The translations under genes were made by a program, and so were the position numbers. The notes below the pieces were generated by a model. That model saw only the letters and a list, made by a program, of their open reading frames with translations, made no database searches and was not told the DNA's origin. A stretch of 64,000 bases of DNA, from positions 64,001 through 128,000 of the forward strand of contig CAXMWX010000001.1 in the NCBI GenBank assembly GCA_963422205.2. Reading direction: 5' to 3'. This DNA is from Gammaproteobacteria bacterium (lineage in GTDB: Bacteria > Pseudomonadota > Gammaproteobacteria > Eutrophobiales > Eutrophobiaceae). Positions 46,733 through 57,682 of the stretch are shown here, in pieces (position 1 is the stretch's first letter; every line of letters starts with the position of its first letter).

Positions 46733-48094
46733 ATGGATGACCAGACCGACAGCCAGGCAGATAACCCGGCGGATGATCCACACCGAATAGATTATTGCAT
46801 CCGGCCGAATCATACCGGCCTGTCCGGCGAGCTGACCGTGCCGGGCGATAAGTCCATCAGCCATCGTGCCCTTCTGCTGGCGGCACTGGCAGTGGGTACG
46901 AGTGAGATACACGGCTGCCTTGACAGTGCCGATACCCGTGCCACCATGCAGGCGCTTGAGCAAATGGGCGTTGCGATAACACAAACGGATGCCGGTATTT
47001 GCATGGCGGGGGTGGGGAAGGCCGGCTTGCAGTCGCCGGGTCAGCCTTTGGATTGTGGCAATTCCGGCACCCTGGTACGGCTGCTGTCGGGCATCCTGGC
47101 GGCACAGACGTTTGATACTGCGCTGATCGGCGATGCTTCACTGATGCAGCGGCCCATGCGCCGGATCACCGAGCCGCTTGAGCGCATGGGGGCGGTCATT
47201 ACCACGACCGAGGCCGGCACCCTGCCCATGCACATCCGGGGCGGCCGGCCCCTGCATGGCATAACCTATGAATTGCCGGTGGCCAGCGCCCAGCTTAAAT
47301 CGGCCATCCTGCTGGCCGGCCTGTATGCCCGTGGCGAGACCACGGTGCACCAGCCGCTTATCACCCGTGATCATACGGAGCGCATGTTGATCGCTTTCGG
47401 TGCCGATCTGCGCTGTGATGGAGAGCGTATTACCGTGTCGGCTTCAGACTTGCAGGCAAGCCCGGTTAAGGTGCCGGCGGATATCTCATCGGCGGCGTTT
47501 TTTCTGGTGGCGGCCAGTATCACGCCGGGGGCGGATATCACGCTTAACAATGTCGGCATGAACCCCACCCGCCATGCCATCGTTGGCCTGTTACAGGCGA
47601 TGGGCGCGGACATAACGATCAAGCGGCGAGATAGCCCGGCGGGTGCTGAGCCCATCGCTGATTTACGGGTGCGCCACAGTCGCTTAACCGGGATTACCAT
47701 TCCCCCGGCAGCCGTGCCGGTTGCGATTGATGAGTTGCCCGTGCTGATGATTGCCGCCGCGGTGGCTGAGGGCGAGACATGCCTGCGCGGTGCTGGGGAA
47801 TTGCGGGTGAAAGAGAGCGATCGTATCGCTGTCATGGTGGCCGGGCTACGGCAGCTGGGCATAGCGGTGGAGGAGTTCGCTGATGGGATGCAGGTAGCCG
47901 GTGCGGCCTTTACTGGCGGTGAGGTGGACAGTGGTGCTGATCACCGCATCGCCATGGCATTTAGCATCGCCGGTCTGGTGGCCGCCGGCCCGGTGGTGGT
48001 GCAGGACTGTGCCAATGTCGCAACATCCTTCCCCGGTTTTACCGACTGTCTGGGGCAGTTAGGTGCTGATATATCGGTTATGCAACATGGCTAA
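46733..48094 (+). CDS. aroA: EPSP synthase
   Basis: PGDKSISHR, GNSGT, ASAQLKS, RDHTER, ELRVKESDR, DHRIAM. Confidence 0.98.
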   Translation: MDDQTDSQADNPADDPHRIDYCIRPNHTGLSGELTVPGDKSISHRALLLAALAVGTSEIHGCLDSADTRATMQALEQMGVAITQTDAGICMAGVGKAGLQSPGQPLDCGNSGTLVRLLSGILAAQTFDTALIGDASLMQRPMRRITEPLERMGAVITTTEAGTLPMHIRGGRPLHGITYELPVASAQLKSAILLAGLYARGETTVHQPLITRDHTERMLIAFGADLRCDGERITVSASDLQASPVKVPADISSAAFFLVAASITPGADITLNNVGMNPTRHAIVGLLQAMGADITIKRRDSPAGAEPIADLRVRHSRLTGITIPPAAVPVAIDELPVLMIAAAVAEGETCLRGAGELRVKESDRIAVMVAGLRQLGIAVEEFADGMQVAGAAFTGGEVDSGADHRIAMAFSIAGLVAAGPVVVQDCANVATSFPGFTDCLGQLGADISVMQHG

Positions 48095-48767
48095 GGCGCA
48101 TGTTATCTGCATAGACGGGCCGGGCGGGACGGGCAAGGGCACCCTGGCGCTGGCCCTGGCGCATCGCCTGGGCTGGCATTTGCTGGATAGCGGCGCCTTA
48201 TACCGCATTCTTGCCCATGTCGCCAGTACCCGGCACCTGGCCCTGACCGAGAGCCGCAAGATAGCTGTGCTGTCGGCCGGGTTGGATGTCAGCTTTCAGA
48301 TCAGTACCGAACAAGAGCAGGTTGCGGTCTGGCTGGCCGATGTGGACATCAGCGATGCCATCCGCAGCGAGGAGTGCGGCAATGCAGCATCCGTGATCGC
48401 CGCTTCCGCCGTGGTGCGTACGGCCATCTTGCAGTGGCAGCGGGATTTTCGCCAGCCGCCCGGTCTGGTGGCCGATGGTCGGGATATGGGCAGCGTGGTA
48501 TTTCCCGATGCGGTGCTGAAAATTTATTTGACGGCCAGCCCGGATGAGCGTGTGAAAAGGCGGCATAAACAGTTGAATGCTAAAGGAATTGGTGTTACTC
48601 TCCCACGCCTTTCGGCGGGCTTGAGCGAACGGGATGACAGAGACAGGCAGCGCACGGCTTCACCCTTAATGCGTGCAGAGGATGCGATTGTCATTGACAC
48701 CACGGCTTGCAGTCGGGAGGCAGTATTTCAGCGGGCCTGGGAATTATATCAGCAAAAAACCGGCTGA
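48087..48767 (+). CDS. cmk: cytidylate kinase
   Basis: IDGPGGTGKGT, LDSGALYR, DGRDMG. Confidence 0.96.
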   Translation: MAKAHVICIDGPGGTGKGTLALALAHRLGWHLLDSGALYRILAHVASTRHLALTESRKIAVLSAGLDVSFQISTEQEQVAVWLADVDISDAIRSEECGNAASVIAASAVVRTAILQWQRDFRQPPGLVADGRDMGSVVFPDAVLKIYLTASPDERVKRRHKQLNAKGIGVTLPRLSAGLSERDDRDRQRTASPLMRAEDAIVIDTTACSREAVFQRAWELYQQKTG

Positions 48768-48840
48768 CAGGATAAGCCCCTGTTTGCCGTGATGCGTTGA
48801 AATGACAGATTTTTTCATTTTACTTTTGAGGTAGTGGAGT

Positions 48841-50514
48841 TTGGTAACTGAGAGTTTTGCGGAGTTGTTTGAACAAAGCCAGATTGAGGCCAAGATGCAG
48901 CCCGGATCGATAGTCACGGGCACGGTGGTGGAGGTCCGTCAGGACACGGTCATCGTCAATGCGGGCTTGAAATCGGAGGCTTGGATCCCGGCAAGCCAGT
49001 TCTATGATGAGAAGGGCGAGCTTGAGGTCAGCATCGGTGATGAGGTGGATGTGGCGCTGGATACCGTGGAAGATGGTTACGGGGAAACCCGTCTGTCACG
49101 AGAGAAAGCCAAACGCTTAATCGCCTGGGATAAGCTGGAGAAGGCCAATGAGGCCAATGAGACAGTGACGGGCGTCATTACCGAACGGGTGAAGGGCGGT
49201 TTTACGGTGGATGTTGAAAACGTCCGTGCTTTTCTGCCCGGCTCGCTGGTTGATGTCCGCCCGGTGAAGGATACGGCGTACTTGGAGGGCAAGCCGCTTG
49301 AATTTAAGGTCATTAAAATTGACAGGAAACGCAGCAATGTGGTGGTTTCCCGGCGGGCGGTGGTGGAAAAAGAGAACACGGCAGAGCGCCAGGCCCTGCT
49401 GGATAAACTGACCGAGGGAGTCAATGTCACGGGCGTGGTAAAAAATCTGACGGAGTACGGCGCCTTTCTTGATCTGGGCGGTATTGATGGCCTGCTGCAT
49501 ATCACCGATATGGCCTGGAAGCGGGTGAAGGACCCGGCGGAGATCGTCAGCATCGGCGATGAGATAGAGGTCAAGGTGTTGAAGTTTGATCGGGAGCGCA
49601 ACCGGGTTTCACTGGGGCTGAAACAGACCGGCGATGATCCCTGGAATGATCTGACCCGGCGTTTCCCGGAAGGCACCAGGCTGCACGGCCGGGTGACCAA
49701 CCTGGCGGATTATGGCTGTTTTGTTGAGCTGGAAGAGGGGGTTGAAGGGCTGGTGCATGTCTCGGAGATGGACTGGACGAATAAAAACGTGCATCCATCC
49801 AAGCTGATGCACATCGGCGATGAGGTCGAGGTGGTTATTCTCGACATCGATCAGGAACGCCGCCGTATCTCGCTGGGCATGAAGCAGTGCCAACCGAATC
49901 CCTGGGAGGAGTTTGCGGCGGTTCACAACAAGAACGATCGGGTCTCAGGCCAGATTAAGTCCATCACGGATTTCGGTATTTTTATCGGCTTGCAGGGGGG
50001 CATAGACGGCCTGGTGCATCTGTCTGATGTGTCCTGGACGGACGATAGCGAGACAGTGCGGCGTAACTTCAAGAAGGGAGATCAGATAGAGACCATGGTG
50101 CTGGCGGTTGATGCTGAGCGGGAGCGCATCTCATTAGGGATAAAACAACTGGGCAAGGATCCATTCTCCAGCTATGTCGCTGAACATCCCAAGGGCTCCA
50201 TCGTCAAGGCGGTGGTGCTGGAGGTTGAACAGCGCACGGCACGGGTGCAACTTGCCGAGGATGTTGAGGCAAGCCTGAAGGCCGCCGAGTTGTCCAATGA
50301 TGAGAAAATCAACGATGCCAGAATGGTTGTCAAGCAGGGGCAGGAGCTGGATGTGAAGATCATGATGGTAGACAGAAAAAAACGCCTCATTTCGGTGTCG
50401 GTGCGGGCAAAGCAGTCGGATGAGGAATCCGCTGCCGTGAAAGAATACTCACCGGAGGTGTCAGGCGGGGCAAAATTGGGTGATTTGCTAAAAGAACAAC
50501 TTGATAACAGTTGA
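48841..50514 (+). CDS. rpsA: 30S ribosomal protein S1
   Basis: ESFAELFE, repeated S1 domains ([22 protein letters not shown]). Confidence 0.99.
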   Translation: MVTESFAELFEQSQIEAKMQPGSIVTGTVVEVRQDTVIVNAGLKSEAWIPASQFYDEKGELEVSIGDEVDVALDTVEDGYGETRLSREKAKRLIAWDKLEKANEANETVTGVITERVKGGFTVDVENVRAFLPGSLVDVRPVKDTAYLEGKPLEFKVIKIDRKRSNVVVSRRAVVEKENTAERQALLDKLTEGVNVTGVVKNLTEYGAFLDLGGIDGLLHITDMAWKRVKDPAEIVSIGDEIEVKVLKFDRERNRVSLGLKQTGDDPWNDLTRRFPEGTRLHGRVTNLADYGCFVELEEGVEGLVHVSEMDWTNKNVHPSKLMHIGDEVEVVILDIDQERRRISLGMKQCQPNPWEEFAAVHNKNDRVSGQIKSITDFGIFIGLQGGIDGLVHLSDVSWTDDSETVRRNFKKGDQIETMVLAVDAERERISLGIKQLGKDPFSSYVAEHPKGSIVKAVVLEVEQRTARVQLAEDVEASLKAAELSNDEKINDARMVVKQGQELDVKIMMVDRKKRLISVSVRAKQSDEESAAVKEYSPEVSGGAKLGDLLKEQLDNS

Positions 50515-50596
50515 CAGTGTAGCGATTGTGGGCGATCCGGTCAGTTATTGATATATAATTGATTTTACAGCGATTATGAGATGCAGGGTAACAGCC

Positions 50597-50971
50597 ATGA
50601 CGAAATCTGAGTTAATAGAATCGCTATCAAGACGGCAGTCACAGCTGGCTTCAAAAGATGTTGAACTGGCGGTCAAGACGATTCTCGAACACATGGCGCA
50701 GACCCTGTCCAATGGCGAGCGGATCGAAATCAGGGGATTCGGCAGTTTCTCCCTGCATTACCGCCCGCCACGGGTAGGCCGTAACCCGAAATCCGGCACG
50801 CCTGTCTCGTTGCCTGCCAAGTATGTGCCGCATTTCAAACCGGGCAAGCACATGCGTGAACGAGTCGATCAATCCAAGCTCAACTCACCTATCATCCCCC
50901 ATCAGGATGATCCCCACCAGAACACCGCTTACCGGAATCATCCCCGGAATAACCCCCAGAATAAAAATTAG
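50597..50971 (+). CDS. ihfB: integration host factor beta with a C-terminal extension
   Basis: [31 protein letters not shown]. Confidence 0.96.
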   Translation: MTKSELIESLSRRQSQLASKDVELAVKTILEHMAQTLSNGERIEIRGFGSFSLHYRPPRVGRNPKSGTPVSLPAKYVPHFKPGKHMRERVDQSKLNSPIIPHQDDPHQNTAYRNHPRNNPQNKN

Positions 50972-51150
50972 TCGCTCCATTCGCCCCTGCGATTACTCCT
51001 GGCAATGTGCGGATTTTAAGGCGGGCAGGCAGGCCGCTTGCATTGCTGTGGCCAATGGCGTTCGCAAGGCCAGCGGGTGCATCACACCGAGGTTAGCGGT
51101 AATATGACTTATCGTGCAGACTCATTCACTCATTCCACTGGAGAGGGCAG

Positions 51151-51459
51151 ATGTCCAGGATCATCACCATCCTTACATTAATCATCGTCATCATTGCGGG
51201 TTTGGCCTTACACTTGCGAAATAATCAGCCAGTCGTCCTGGATTATTACCTGAATACACAGGAGTTGTCTTTGTCATTGGTCATCGTCGGCGCCGTGTTT
51301 TTCGGTGCGCTGCTTGGCATACTGGCTAGCCTGCCGATCATCATCAAATTAAAGCACGCCAATATCCGCCTGGGTAGACAAGCCAGACTCACGGGGGAAG
51401 AATTGAACAACCTCAGGGCCTTGCCCATCAGCGACAGACCGGCCAGGAACACAGGTTAA
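51151..51459 (+). CDS. lapA: lipopolysaccharide assembly protein A
   Basis: Two TM segments, NNQPV.LDY, coiled tail; ihfB-lapA-lapB-pyrF synteny. Confidence 0.85.
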   Translation: MSRIITILTLIIVIIAGLALHLRNNQPVVLDYYLNTQELSLSLVIVGAVFFGALLGILASLPIIIKLKHANIRLGRQARLTGEELNNLRALPISDRPARNTG

Positions 51460-52646
51460 TGGATGTCTACTGGTGTTATGCCCTGCTGGCATTAATGCCG
51501 GTTGCCGCCTGGTCAGGCTGGCTTGCTGCACGTAACAACACACATCGCTTTGAGCATGAAAACGCCATTCACCCGGATTACCTTAAAGGCTTGAATTATG
51601 TGCTGAATGAGCAGCCGGACAAGGCCATAGAAGTCTTTATCAAGATGGTTGAGATTGATGCACAAACGATAGAGACGCACCTGGCCCTGGGTAATTTGTT
51701 CCGCCGTCGGGGTGAGGTAGACCGGGCCATACGTATCCACCAGAATCTCATCGCCCGGCCGACATTAACGGGCACGCAACGGCAGTTGGCCGTGTTGGAA
51801 CTGGCCATGGACTACATGCGCTCCGGTTTGCTGGATCGGGCTGAGGGCTTGTTTAATGAGCTGTTGGAGTTCAATGGCTATACCGACTGGGGCTATACCG
51901 ACCGGGCACTGGAAGGCTTGTTAGCGATCTATCAACAGGAGCAGGAGTGGCAGAAAGCCATCCTCGTTGCCAGACGCCTGCAATCCGGCACGGTCGGCTC
52001 ATACAATGCCATCATTGCCCAGTTCTACTGTGAACAGGCAGAGCAGTTGACCACGGCAGGGCAGATGAGGGAGGCAAAAGACATGCTGAAACATGCCTTG
52101 AATACCGACCCCGGTTGTGTGAGGGCAAGCCTGATGGAAGGGTACGCCGCCGAGCAGAAAGGCAACATCAGCCAGGCGATCAAGGCTTACCGGCGGGTGG
52201 AAAAACAGGCACCGGATTATCTGGGCGAAATCATTGAACCATTGTATCGCTGTTATCAGCAACTGGGTAAGCCGGCCGAGTTCAAAGGCTATGTAGAGGG
52301 CTTGTATCGCCGCCATGGTGCAGACCCTCTGTTGCTGGCATTAACGCAGTTATATGATGAGCTTGATGGCGAGCAGCCGGCGCTGGAATTTATCTCAGCT
52401 GAGTTGGCGACACGTCCGACTGTCGCTGGTGTCGACCGGCTGCTGGGGTATATCATCAAGGCATCGGAGGGGGTCGGCCGGCGCAATCTGGAGACGATAA
52501 AAAAACTCACCGGCCACCTGCTCAGTCACCGCCCCTTATACCAGTGCAGCCGTTGTGGCTTTGATATGAAGGTGTTGCATTGGCACTGCCCCGGCTGCAA
52601 GCACTGGAATACGATAAAGCCGATACCGGAGATGGCCTGTGGCTGA
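51459..52646 (+). CDS. lapB: lipopolysaccharide assembly protein B
   Basis: [34 protein letters not shown], TPRs, rubredoxin CxxC...CxxC. Confidence 0.96.
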   Translation: MDVYWCYALLALMPVAAWSGWLAARNNTHRFEHENAIHPDYLKGLNYVLNEQPDKAIEVFIKMVEIDAQTIETHLALGNLFRRRGEVDRAIRIHQNLIARPTLTGTQRQLAVLELAMDYMRSGLLDRAEGLFNELLEFNGYTDWGYTDRALEGLLAIYQQEQEWQKAILVARRLQSGTVGSYNAIIAQFYCEQAEQLTTAGQMREAKDMLKHALNTDPGCVRASLMEGYAAEQKGNISQAIKAYRRVEKQAPDYLGEIIEPLYRCYQQLGKPAEFKGYVEGLYRRHGADPLLLALTQLYDELDGEQPALEFISAELATRPTVAGVDRLLGYIIKASEGVGRRNLETIKKLTGHLLSHRPLYQCSRCGFDMKVLHWHCPGCKHWNTIKPIPEMACG

Positions 52647-53346
52647 TGCCAGAGTCATCGTGGCCCTGGATCTTCCTGATGCGGCTACGGCATTGCAGTT
52701 TGCCGACCGGCTGGCGCCGGAAAAATGCCGGCTTAAAGTTGGTAAGGCCCTGTTTACTCAGGCTGGCCCGGATATCGTTAAGTGCCTGGTGGATAAGGGG
52801 TTTGATGTCTTTCTGGATCTGAAATACCACGATATTCCGAACACGGTGGCGGCGGCTTGCCGGGCGGCGGCTGATTTGGGTGTGTGGATGCTGAACGTCC
52901 ATGCCGCCGGGGGTAGGGACATGCTGCTCGCTGCACATGAGGCCGTGGGCGATCAAACACCGCTACTGATCGGGGTGACTGTCTTGACCAGCCTGCATGA
53001 TGATGATCTGCAAGCGATCGGGTTTGCCGGGGACAGTGCCGAGCAGGTCGTCAGGCTGGCGGGGTTGTGTGCCGAAGCAGGCTTGCAGGGTGTGGTGGCA
53101 TCTGCTCAGGAGAGCGCCAGGCTAAGGCAGCATTTCCCGCGGGATTTTATGCTGGTGACGCCGGGGATCCGGCCGGCGGGCAGCGGGGCGGATGATCAGG
53201 CCCGGACCATGACGCCCACCGAGGCCATTCGTGCGGGCAGTGATTATCTTGTGATGGGCAGGCCGATCACCCGGGCCGCCGACCCGGTAGCGGTGCTTGA
53301 TGAGATAAATCAGGCGCTGCATCAGGCCATTAGCCCAAACCATTAA
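52639..53346 (+). CDS. pyrF: orotidine-5'-phosphate decarboxylase
   Basis: [25 protein letters not shown]. Confidence 0.97.
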   Translation: MADARVIVALDLPDAATALQFADRLAPEKCRLKVGKALFTQAGPDIVKCLVDKGFDVFLDLKYHDIPNTVAAACRAAADLGVWMLNVHAAGGRDMLLAAHEAVGDQTPLLIGVTVLTSLHDDDLQAIGFAGDSAEQVVRLAGLCAEAGLQGVVASAQESARLRQHFPRDFMLVTPGIRPAGSGADDQARTMTPTEAIRAGSDYLVMGRPITRAADPVAVLDEINQALHQAISPNH

Positions 53347-53405
53347 CCCGGCATCCACTTGAAACCTGCGTTTATCATCCTTAAGGCCGCCGTGTTGTTC
53401 TCACC

Positions 53406-56400
53406 GTGAGGAACTATCAAAGCCCGTTACAGCCAGTCTTGCCGGAACGGCCTGGCCGGAGAGGCAACTGGGGACGTTTGCAGGGATGCAGCAAGGCGCT
53501 GGCCGTATCATCGGCGGCCAGGCAGGCGGACACCTTGCTCGTGTTGCTGACCTGCAATCCGGGTGATGCGATCAAATTTACTGAGGAGCTCGGTTTTTTC
53601 CTTAAAGGTGAGCCGGATATTCCGGTGCTGTCATTTCCTGATTGGGAAACCCTGCCCTATGATAATTTCTCGCCCCATCAGGATATTATTTCTGAGCGGC
53701 TGGCAACCTTGACCGCCCTGCCAACTGTGGCCTGTGCAATCTTGATCGTGCCTGTCTCAACGCTGATGCACAGATTGCTGCCGGTCGATTATCTCAAGGC
53801 CAACAGTATGCAGCTTGCCGTGGGCGAGCGGCTTGTGCCGGCAGATTTCCGGGCGAGGCTTGGCCGTTACGGCTACCGCCACGTTGAGCAGGTGATGGAG
53901 CACGGTGATATGGCCGTGCGCGGTTCGATCATGGATCTGTTTCCCATGGGTTCAACCCATCCCTTCAGGATAGATCTTTTTGACACGGAAATTGACAGTA
54001 TCCGGCTGTTTGATGTCGAGACCCAGCGCTCGCTGGAGATGGTCGATGGCATCAACATACTGCCGGCAAGGGAGACGCCGCTGACCCCGGCGCATATTGA
54101 AACATTCAGACAAAGCTGGCGCACTTGTTTTTCCGGCAATCCGAATGATTGTGAGATGTATGCCGATGTCAGCCAGGCCATCGCCCCGGCGGGCATTGAG
54201 TATTACCTGCCGTTTTTTTATGACCAGACCAGTCTGTTTTTTGATTATATTGCCGAGGATGCACTGCTGGTTCTGGATGAGGGAGTTGATGAGGCGGCAG
54301 AGGATTTCTGGGAGGTGGTGGAGATGCGTTATGCCCAGGCGAAAGATAATCCCGCCCGGCCAATCCTTACACCGGAGGCGATGTTTATCCGGCCGGATAC
54401 CCTGTTTTCCGGTATTAACGACTTTGCGGTGGTGCAGATGAGGGCATCACACTGTGCCGAGGCCGCTGCCGGTGTCAACTATGCCAGCCGGCTGCCGGTC
54501 AAGCTGCCGGTGGATGCCAGGGCGAGTGCGCCGTTTGCTCTGTTTAATCAGTTCATGGCAGATTTTGCCGGCCGGATTTTGTTGATAGCCGAGACCGCCG
54601 GTCGTCGGGAGACGCTGCTGGAGTTGCTGGCAAGACAGGGCTGGCGAGCCGATGTGGTGGATGACTGGCAGAGTTTTCTCAGCACTGATTGCCGCTTTGC
54701 GCTGACCGTTGCACCGTTGGAGTTGGGCGTACAACTGGATGCACCTGCTATCGCAATCATCACGGAATCGCAGTTGTTTGGAGAACGTGTCAGCCAGCGG
54801 CGCCTGCGTAAGCGTAACCAGCAGCAGACAGAGGCCATCGTTAAAAATCTGACCGAGATCTCCATCGGCTCGCCAGTTGTGCATAGTGAACACGGGGTAG
54901 GGCGTTATCTTGGCTTGAAGACATTGGAGATAAACGGTGTCATGGGCGAGTTTATCCAGCTTGAATATGATCAGGGAGATAAGCTGTATGTCCCGGTATC
55001 TGCGCTGGATTTGATCAGCCGTTTTACCGGCACAGCACCGGAGCATGCACCATTACACCGGTTAGGCAGCGGGCGATGGCAGAAAGTACGCAAAAAAGCC
55101 GCACAAAAAGCCTACGATGTGGCCGCGGAGTTACTGGCAATGCATGCCCGAAGAGCCGCACGTCAAGGGTATGCTTTTGAGATTAACAACGATTTGTATC
55201 AGGGCTTTGCCCAGGGTTTCCCGTTTGAAGAGACGCCCGGGCAAGTGGAGGCAATCAGCAGCGTGTTGGATGATATGCAGAGCAGCACACCTATGGATCG
55301 ATTGATATGTGGCGATGCCGGTTTTGGCAAGACCGAAGTCGCCATGCGGGCGGCCTTTATCGCCGTGCAAAATAATAAACAGGTGGCCTTGCTGGTGCCC
55401 ACCACGCTGCTGGCACAGCAACACCATCAGAATTTCTCTGATCGATTTGCTGACTGGCCGGTGCGGATTGAGGTGTTATCACGTTTTGTCAGTCGCAAAC
55501 AACAGCATGACGTGTTGGCGGCGCTGGGACAGGGGCGGGTGGATATTATTATTGGCACACATAAATTACTGCAAGATGCCGTGTCTTTTAAGCATCTGGG
55601 TTTGCTTATCATCGATGAGGAGCATCGTTTTGGCGTCAGGCAAAAAGAAAAATTCAAGGCCCTGCGCGCCGAGGTTGATGTGCTGACATTGACCGCTACG
55701 CCCATTCCGCGCACGCTCAATATGGCCTTATCCGAATTACGCTCGCTGTCCATTATCGCTACGCCACCATCGCGCCGCCTGGCGGTCAAGACATTCGTCA
55801 GTCAATGGACAGTTGCGCTGTTAAAAGAGGCGCTGTTGCGTGAAATAAAACGGGGCGGGCAGGTCTATTTTCTACACAACAACGTGGAGTCCATTGATGC
55901 CACGGCAGAGCAGGTCGCCCGCTTGATTCCTGAGGCCAGGGTGCGTACCGCCCACGGGCAAATGCCAGAGCGGGACCTGGAGCAGGTGATGCAGGATTTC
56001 TATCATCGGCGTTTTAATGTGCTGGTTTGCACCACTATCATTGAGACCGGCATTGACGTGCCGAATGCAAATACGATGATTATCAACCGGGCGGATAAAT
56101 TCGGGCTGGCGCAATTATATCAACTCAGGGGGCGGGTCGGGCGCTCGCATCACCGGGCTTATGCGTATTTGATCGTGCCGGATAAAAGGGCGCTCAGTCA
56201 GGATGCGGCAAAACGACTACAGGCGATTGAGTCGCTGGAGGAACTGGGGGTGGGTTTCACCCTGGCAACGCACGATCTGGAAATACGAGGTGCTGGTGAG
56301 CTGCTGGGTGAAGAGCAAAGCGGCCAGATTCAGGAGGTCGGTTTTGGCATGTACATGGATTTGCTCACCCGTGCGGTGAACTCATTACGGGCCGGGCAGC

Positions 56401-56876
56401 AGCCGGAGCTTGACCGGCCCCTGGATGATGGAGTTGAAGTCGATTTGCACGTCCCGGCGCTGATCCCGGCAGATTATATTGCCGATATTCATACCCGCCT
56501 GATGATGTACAAGCGTATCGCCAGCGCCGACAGCGAGCAGGAGTTGACCGAATTAAAAGAGGAGTTCATCGACAGATTTGGTATCCTGCCCGATGCCTTC
56601 AAGAATCTCTTGCAGGCGACTGCCTTAAAATTACAGGCTCGCCCCCTGGGGATCAGGAAGATTGATATGGGAGAGAATGGTGGACGTATCTGGTTTCATG
56701 CACATACGCCTGTTGCACCAGCGGCCATTGTTGAACTCATCTCGGCCGGTGCCGACAAATACCGGCTGGATGGTGCTGACAAGCTCAGGATATTAAAGCA
56801 AACAGAGAATGTGCAGCAACGCATTGACAGCATCGGTGAATTTATCCATGCGCTTCACATGAAGAATGCCGCATGA
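53406..56876 (+). CDS. mfd: transcription-repair coupling factor
   Basis: PDWETLPYD, GDAGFGKTE, DEEHRFG, TATPIPRTL, QLRGRVGR. Confidence 0.99.
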   Translation: MRNYQSPLQPVLPERPGRRGNWGRLQGCSKALAVSSAARQADTLLVLLTCNPGDAIKFTEELGFFLKGEPDIPVLSFPDWETLPYDNFSPHQDIISERLATLTALPTVACAILIVPVSTLMHRLLPVDYLKANSMQLAVGERLVPADFRARLGRYGYRHVEQVMEHGDMAVRGSIMDLFPMGSTHPFRIDLFDTEIDSIRLFDVETQRSLEMVDGINILPARETPLTPAHIETFRQSWRTCFSGNPNDCEMYADVSQAIAPAGIEYYLPFFYDQTSLFFDYIAEDALLVLDEGVDEAAEDFWEVVEMRYAQAKDNPARPILTPEAMFIRPDTLFSGINDFAVVQMRASHCAEAAAGVNYASRLPVKLPVDARASAPFALFNQFMADFAGRILLIAETAGRRETLLELLARQGWRADVVDDWQSFLSTDCRFALTVAPLELGVQLDAPAIAIITESQLFGERVSQRRLRKRNQQQTEAIVKNLTEISIGSPVVHSEHGVGRYLGLKTLEINGVMGEFIQLEYDQGDKLYVPVSALDLISRFTGTAPEHAPLHRLGSGRWQKVRKKAAQKAYDVAAELLAMHARRAARQGYAFEINNDLYQGFAQGFPFEETPGQVEAISSVLDDMQSSTPMDRLICGDAGFGKTEVAMRAAFIAVQNNKQVALLVPTTLLAQQHHQNFSDRFADWPVRIEVLSRFVSRKQQHDVLAALGQGRVDIIIGTHKLLQDAVSFKHLGLLIIDEEHRFGVRQKEKFKALRAEVDVLTLTATPIPRTLNMALSELRSLSIIATPPSRRLAVKTFVSQWTVALLKEALLREIKRGGQVYFLHNNVESIDATAEQVARLIPEARVRTAHGQMPERDLEQVMQDFYHRRFNVLVCTTIIETGIDVPNANTMIINRADKFGLAQLYQLRGRVGRSHHRAYAYLIVPDKRALSQDAAKRLQAIESLEELGVGFTLATHDLEIRGAGELLGEEQSGQIQEVGFGMYMDLLTRAVNSLRAGQQPELDRPLDDGVEVDLHVPALIPADYIADIHTRLMMYKRIASADSEQELTELKEEFIDRFGILPDAFKNLLQATALKLQARPLGIRKIDMGENGGRIWFHAHTPVAPAAIVELISAGADKYRLDGADKLRILKQTENVQQRIDSIGEFIHALHMKNAA

Positions 56877-57625
56877 GATCAGGCCGCCTCATCCCCCTCG
56901 TCCTGGTGTGCCTGCTGCTGTGTTGTGGCCGCCTGCATGCCGCTTCCTGGTATCAGCTTGAGGTGATCGTCTTTGAGCATCTGCATGCTGATCATGACGG
57001 CGAGCTTTGGTATGACAATCCGGGCCTGCCTGATCGGTCTGGTGCCATACCGCTTGTCCATGAGTTCAGTGGCAAGAGTCCGCAGGCAACGACTGAGGCA
57101 GAGACGGGAGCGCTCATCCCGTATCAGGTGCTTGCCAGAGGGCATTATCGGCTTGCAGGTGTAGAGCGGGTGCTGAAGCTCTCACGTGATTATCGTCCCT
57201 TGCTGCACATTGCCTGGCAACAACCCGTGCTGCGTGCCCGTGCTGCCCGCGCCGTGTATCTTGCCAATACGCCGTTTGAAGAGAGGACAGCCACCGCCGC
57301 CAGGCAGGAGGGGGTGGCGGCATTTGATAATTCTGAGCGGCGCGATGCCGGGATGGTTTATGAGGGTATCATACGGTTGCGGAGTTCAAATTTACTCCAT
57401 GTTGAGGTGGATTTCAGTTTTGCCATCTCCCACTTTGCTGATGAACAACGACTGCCAGGCCAGGCGCCGGGCCAGTCACAAGGCCCGTCATTGTTCAACC
57501 AGCAATATGCCGATTATGCCAGGTTGACCGAGACCCGAAGAGTGAAGCTGAATGAGATACATTATTTTGATCACCCCCTGTTCGGGATCATCCTGCAAGT
57601 GAGCCGGTTTAAAAAAAACCCGTGA
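56873..57625 (+). CDS. CsiV-family peptidoglycan-binding protein
   Basis: Signal peptide, WYQLEVIVF, YRPLLHIAWQQ, HYFDHPLFG; usual mfd neighbour. Confidence 0.8.
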   Translation: MRSGRLIPLVLVCLLLCCGRLHAASWYQLEVIVFEHLHADHDGELWYDNPGLPDRSGAIPLVHEFSGKSPQATTEAETGALIPYQVLARGHYRLAGVERVLKLSRDYRPLLHIAWQQPVLRARAARAVYLANTPFEERTATAARQEGVAAFDNSERRDAGMVYEGIIRLRSSNLLHVEVDFSFAISHFADEQRLPGQAPGQSQGPSLFNQQYADYARLTETRRVKLNEIHYFDHPLFGIILQVSRFKKNP

Positions 57626-57682
57626 GGGAATCGCCGCCCAGGCAGCATGAGGCCGGGCGCTGCCTGTGCCGATGGAGATGGT

